This document shows positions 57,778-59,428 of a stretch of 59,428 bases of DNA, piece by piece. The notes under the pieces were generated by a model, which worked only from the letters and a program-made list of their open reading frames with translations, did not search any database and was not told the origin of the DNA. This DNA is from a virus. The stretch lies in IMG/VR virus record IMGVR_UViG_2866649352_000001, positions 1 to 59,428 of that record; one strand, given 5' to 3'. The position numbers were made by a program, and so were the translations under genes. Position 1 is the stretch's first letter; each line of letters starts with the position of its first letter.

Positions 57778-57784
57778 TCCGCTG

Positions 57785-57955
57785 ATGACCCTCCAGGAGA
57801 CAGCAGATTACCTTCACATGTCCCGATCCTGGGTTTACGAGAGAATCCACTCCATCCCCAACTTCAAGGTCGGGGGTAAGCGTCTGTTCCGTAAGAGTGA
57901 AGTGGACAAGTGGCTTGAGGCTTTCCGTAAGGGAAGTCCGCTAGCCCTCCTGTAA
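57785..57955 (+). CDS. xis: Excisionase-family HTH protein (56 aa)
   Basis: MTLQETADYLHMSRSWVYERIHSIPNFKVGGKRLFRKSEVDKWL is an Xis/MerR-type winged helix; convergent with int. Confidence 0.7.
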   Translation: MTLQETADYLHMSRSWVYERIHSIPNFKVGGKRLFRKSEVDKWLEAFRKGSPLALL

Positions 57956-57962
57956 AGCAATT

Positions 57963-57995
57963 GGCCCCACCGGTTTCCGGTGGGGCCCTTTTTTT
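57963..57995. terminator. Bidirectional terminator between xis and int
   Basis: ggccccaccgg-ttt-ccggtggggcc followed by CTTTTTTT. Confidence 0.8.
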
Positions 57996-57999
57996 GTGT

Positions 58000-59211
58000 C
58001 TAGCTTCGGCTGCCCAGAAGAAGCTTCGCCATCTCGGCGGCGATGGCCTTCTTCTCTTCCTCGCTGTGGTCGTATATCTCGACCACGGCCCGGGAGCGCT
58101 GTCCGAGGGCATCCCCAACCGTGTCCCGAGAGGCTCCCAGATCACTCGCGATGGTCGCCCACATGTGCCGTAGGTCGTGGGGAGACGCCGGGGGAAGCTC
58201 TGCGTACCGGCCGAGGCGTCTGAACCGCTCCGTGACGTTACCGGGGTCCATCGGGATACCGGGCAGGAATACCCGTCCCTTCACTGACTTCTTCAGGATC
58301 GGGCGGTCGAAGACCACACCGGTTTCCTCCCAAGGCCCCTCGGCCTTGGCCTTCTCTTGCCGCTCCTTCTGACCGAGGAGGATTTCCTCCAGCAGGTCGT
58401 CCATGTGCAGGACGATCCGCCGGCCGCCCTTCTGGCTGACCTCTACGACCCCTTCAGGGGTAATGGTCCGGTTGGTGGAAGCAACGATACGGTGCTTCTC
58501 AAAGTCGATGTCGGACCATTTGAGGCCCAAGGCCGTTCCCCGGCGAACGCCAGTGGCAGCCATGAAGCACCACAGAGCCCTGAAGGAGGGCTCTGTTTCC
58601 ATCTTCAGGAAGTCGAGGAACTGCTCGACGGTCCATCGCTCCTTGGGGGTGGTCTTCCGATCTGCGTCGTAGTGGAGGGCCTCTTCGCGAAGCTTCCGGA
58701 CGCCACCAGAGACCTTGGTCCAATCCGCGTCCAGGAGGTGGTTCACCACGCCGTAATCCATGATGGCGGAGAGGACAGTCACCCTGTTGACAAGCGTCGT
58801 CGGGACGCGAGGCTCGCCCTTGTACTTGATGGCCCGGATCTTCAGTACCCACTGGTCTACGTGTAGGGGGAGGATCTCATCCAGGGCCATCCCCCCGAGG
58901 TAGGGCTCGATGTCCCTCTTGTACCAGGTCTTCCAGTGGGAGCTGGTCGTGCTCTTGACCGTCTCAGCGGCCCAGAACATCTCCGCCAACTTGTTGAGGG
59001 TCATACTCTTGGTCGGCCGCTTCTTGGCGGCCTGCTGTGCCTTGATCCACTCGACAGCGGCTTTGTGGTCTTTGAGACCGCGCTTCCAGAGCCGTTCGGA
59101 CTTCTTCGTGAACGGGTCCTTGATGCTGACGGCGGCGTCGTAGACGATCTCGCCGTTGGCGAGCGTCCTCGGCCGGATGCTTCCGGCCCCATTCCTCGCC
59201 CTCTTGCCCAT
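58000..59211 (-). CDS. int: Tyrosine integrase (403 aa)
   Basis: Catalytic-domain signatures ...GVRRGTALGLKWSD..., ...HDLRHMWATIASDLG... and ...VEIYDH (R, HxxR, Y). ATG 59211 follows GGAGGG; the TTG at 59226 is the alternative start. Confidence 0.85.
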   Translation of the reverse strand: MGKRARNGAGSIRPRTLANGEIVYDAAVSIKDPFTKKSERLWKRGLKDHKAAVEWIKAQQAAKKRPTKSMTLNKLAEMFWAAETVKSTTSSHWKTWYKRDIEPYLGGMALDEILPLHVDQWVLKIRAIKYKGEPRVPTTLVNRVTVLSAIMDYGVVNHLLDADWTKVSGGVRKLREEALHYDADRKTTPKERWTVEQFLDFLKMETEPSFRALWCFMAATGVRRGTALGLKWSDIDFEKHRIVASTNRTITPEGVVEVSQKGGRRIVLHMDDLLEEILLGQKERQEKAKAEGPWEETGVVFDRPILKKSVKGRVFLPGIPMDPGNVTERFRRLGRYAELPPASPHDLRHMWATIASDLGASRDTVGDALGQRSRAVVEIYDHSEEEKKAIAAEMAKLLLGSRS

Positions 59212-59301
59212 GTCCCTCCAGCTCAACTGTGACAGGAACTACAGCATACGCGCTCCGTCGCCGTGTCGAACGAGGTCAGAGGGATGTGGATCTTGCTTCT
59301 A
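59212..59301. other. attP-candidate intergenic region (continues across the circular junction into 1..186)
   Basis: About 300 bp of non-coding sequence next to int. It contains CTGTGACAGG (59227-59236), TTGTGACAGG (109-118), GTGTGACATG (69-78) and the inverted repeat GTGACAC-N5-GTGTCAC (122-140). The core was not identifiable. Confidence 0.3.
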
Positions 59302-59428
59302 GCAATCCACCCACACAAGACGCTCCACGCCTATACCCTCCTTGACCTGCCAAAACACCCGAGCGGAGAGTGTGACATGTCCAGATTTGACCAGCGACGA
59401 CGGACTCGATTGTGACAGGACTGTGACA
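59302..59428. repeat. Second copy of the 127-bp terminal overlap
   Basis: Identical to 1..127. Confidence 0.95.

Overview
The window is a complete, circularly closed genome of about 59.3 kb. The first 127 bases recur verbatim as the last 127, which looks like an assembly overlap. It appears to be a temperate, high-GC actinobacterial siphovirus of Streptomyces type. Every product call comes from reading the ORF-track translations for motifs, not from a database search. Layout: (1) 0.2-2.5 kb, next to attP and int, is a lysogeny or moron module. It holds a BldC-like small MerR/Xis-type DNA binder, a WhiJ-locus-like triad (anti-sigma-like ATPase, XRE-HTH protein, DUF397 protein) and a lipoprotein. 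(2) 2.5-3.9 kb is an unusual ORF-poor stretch of about 1.4 kb, dense in perfect GC palindromes, hairpins and GNRA-capped helices. (3) 3.9-18.4 kb carries about 45 small plus-strand early genes. These include two paralog families, a DUF3987-like ATPase and an Lsr2-like nucleoid protein. (4) 18.5-37.3 kb on the minus strand carries the lysis cassette, tail genes (including the G/GT -1 frameshift and the tape measure), head genes, portal and terminase. (5) 37.3-40.1 kb is a minus-strand array of 21 readable tRNAs covering 19 amino acids. A non-canonical 73-nt cloverleaf with a UGU (Thr) anticodon would complete the set. The array is interrupted by an HNH endonuclease gene and by degenerate tRNA-like elements. 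(6) 40.2-41.5 kb holds a terminase-associated HNH gene and a 750-bp regulatory region with three consecutive hairpins and clustered GTGACA motifs. (7) 41.5-57.8 kb is the plus-strand replication and nucleotide module: Cas4-like nuclease, DnaB-like helicase, endonuclease VII, split primase, metallophosphoesterase, sigma-like factor, class II RNR, PolA, RNA ligase and a SLOG/DUF2493-like protein. (8) 57.8-59.2 kb holds excisionase and tyrosine integrase. A conserved promoter-like element, a T-run plus a -35-like hexamer plus a tandem 11-mer TAGCACATTGT, precedes at least five plus-strand gene blocks.
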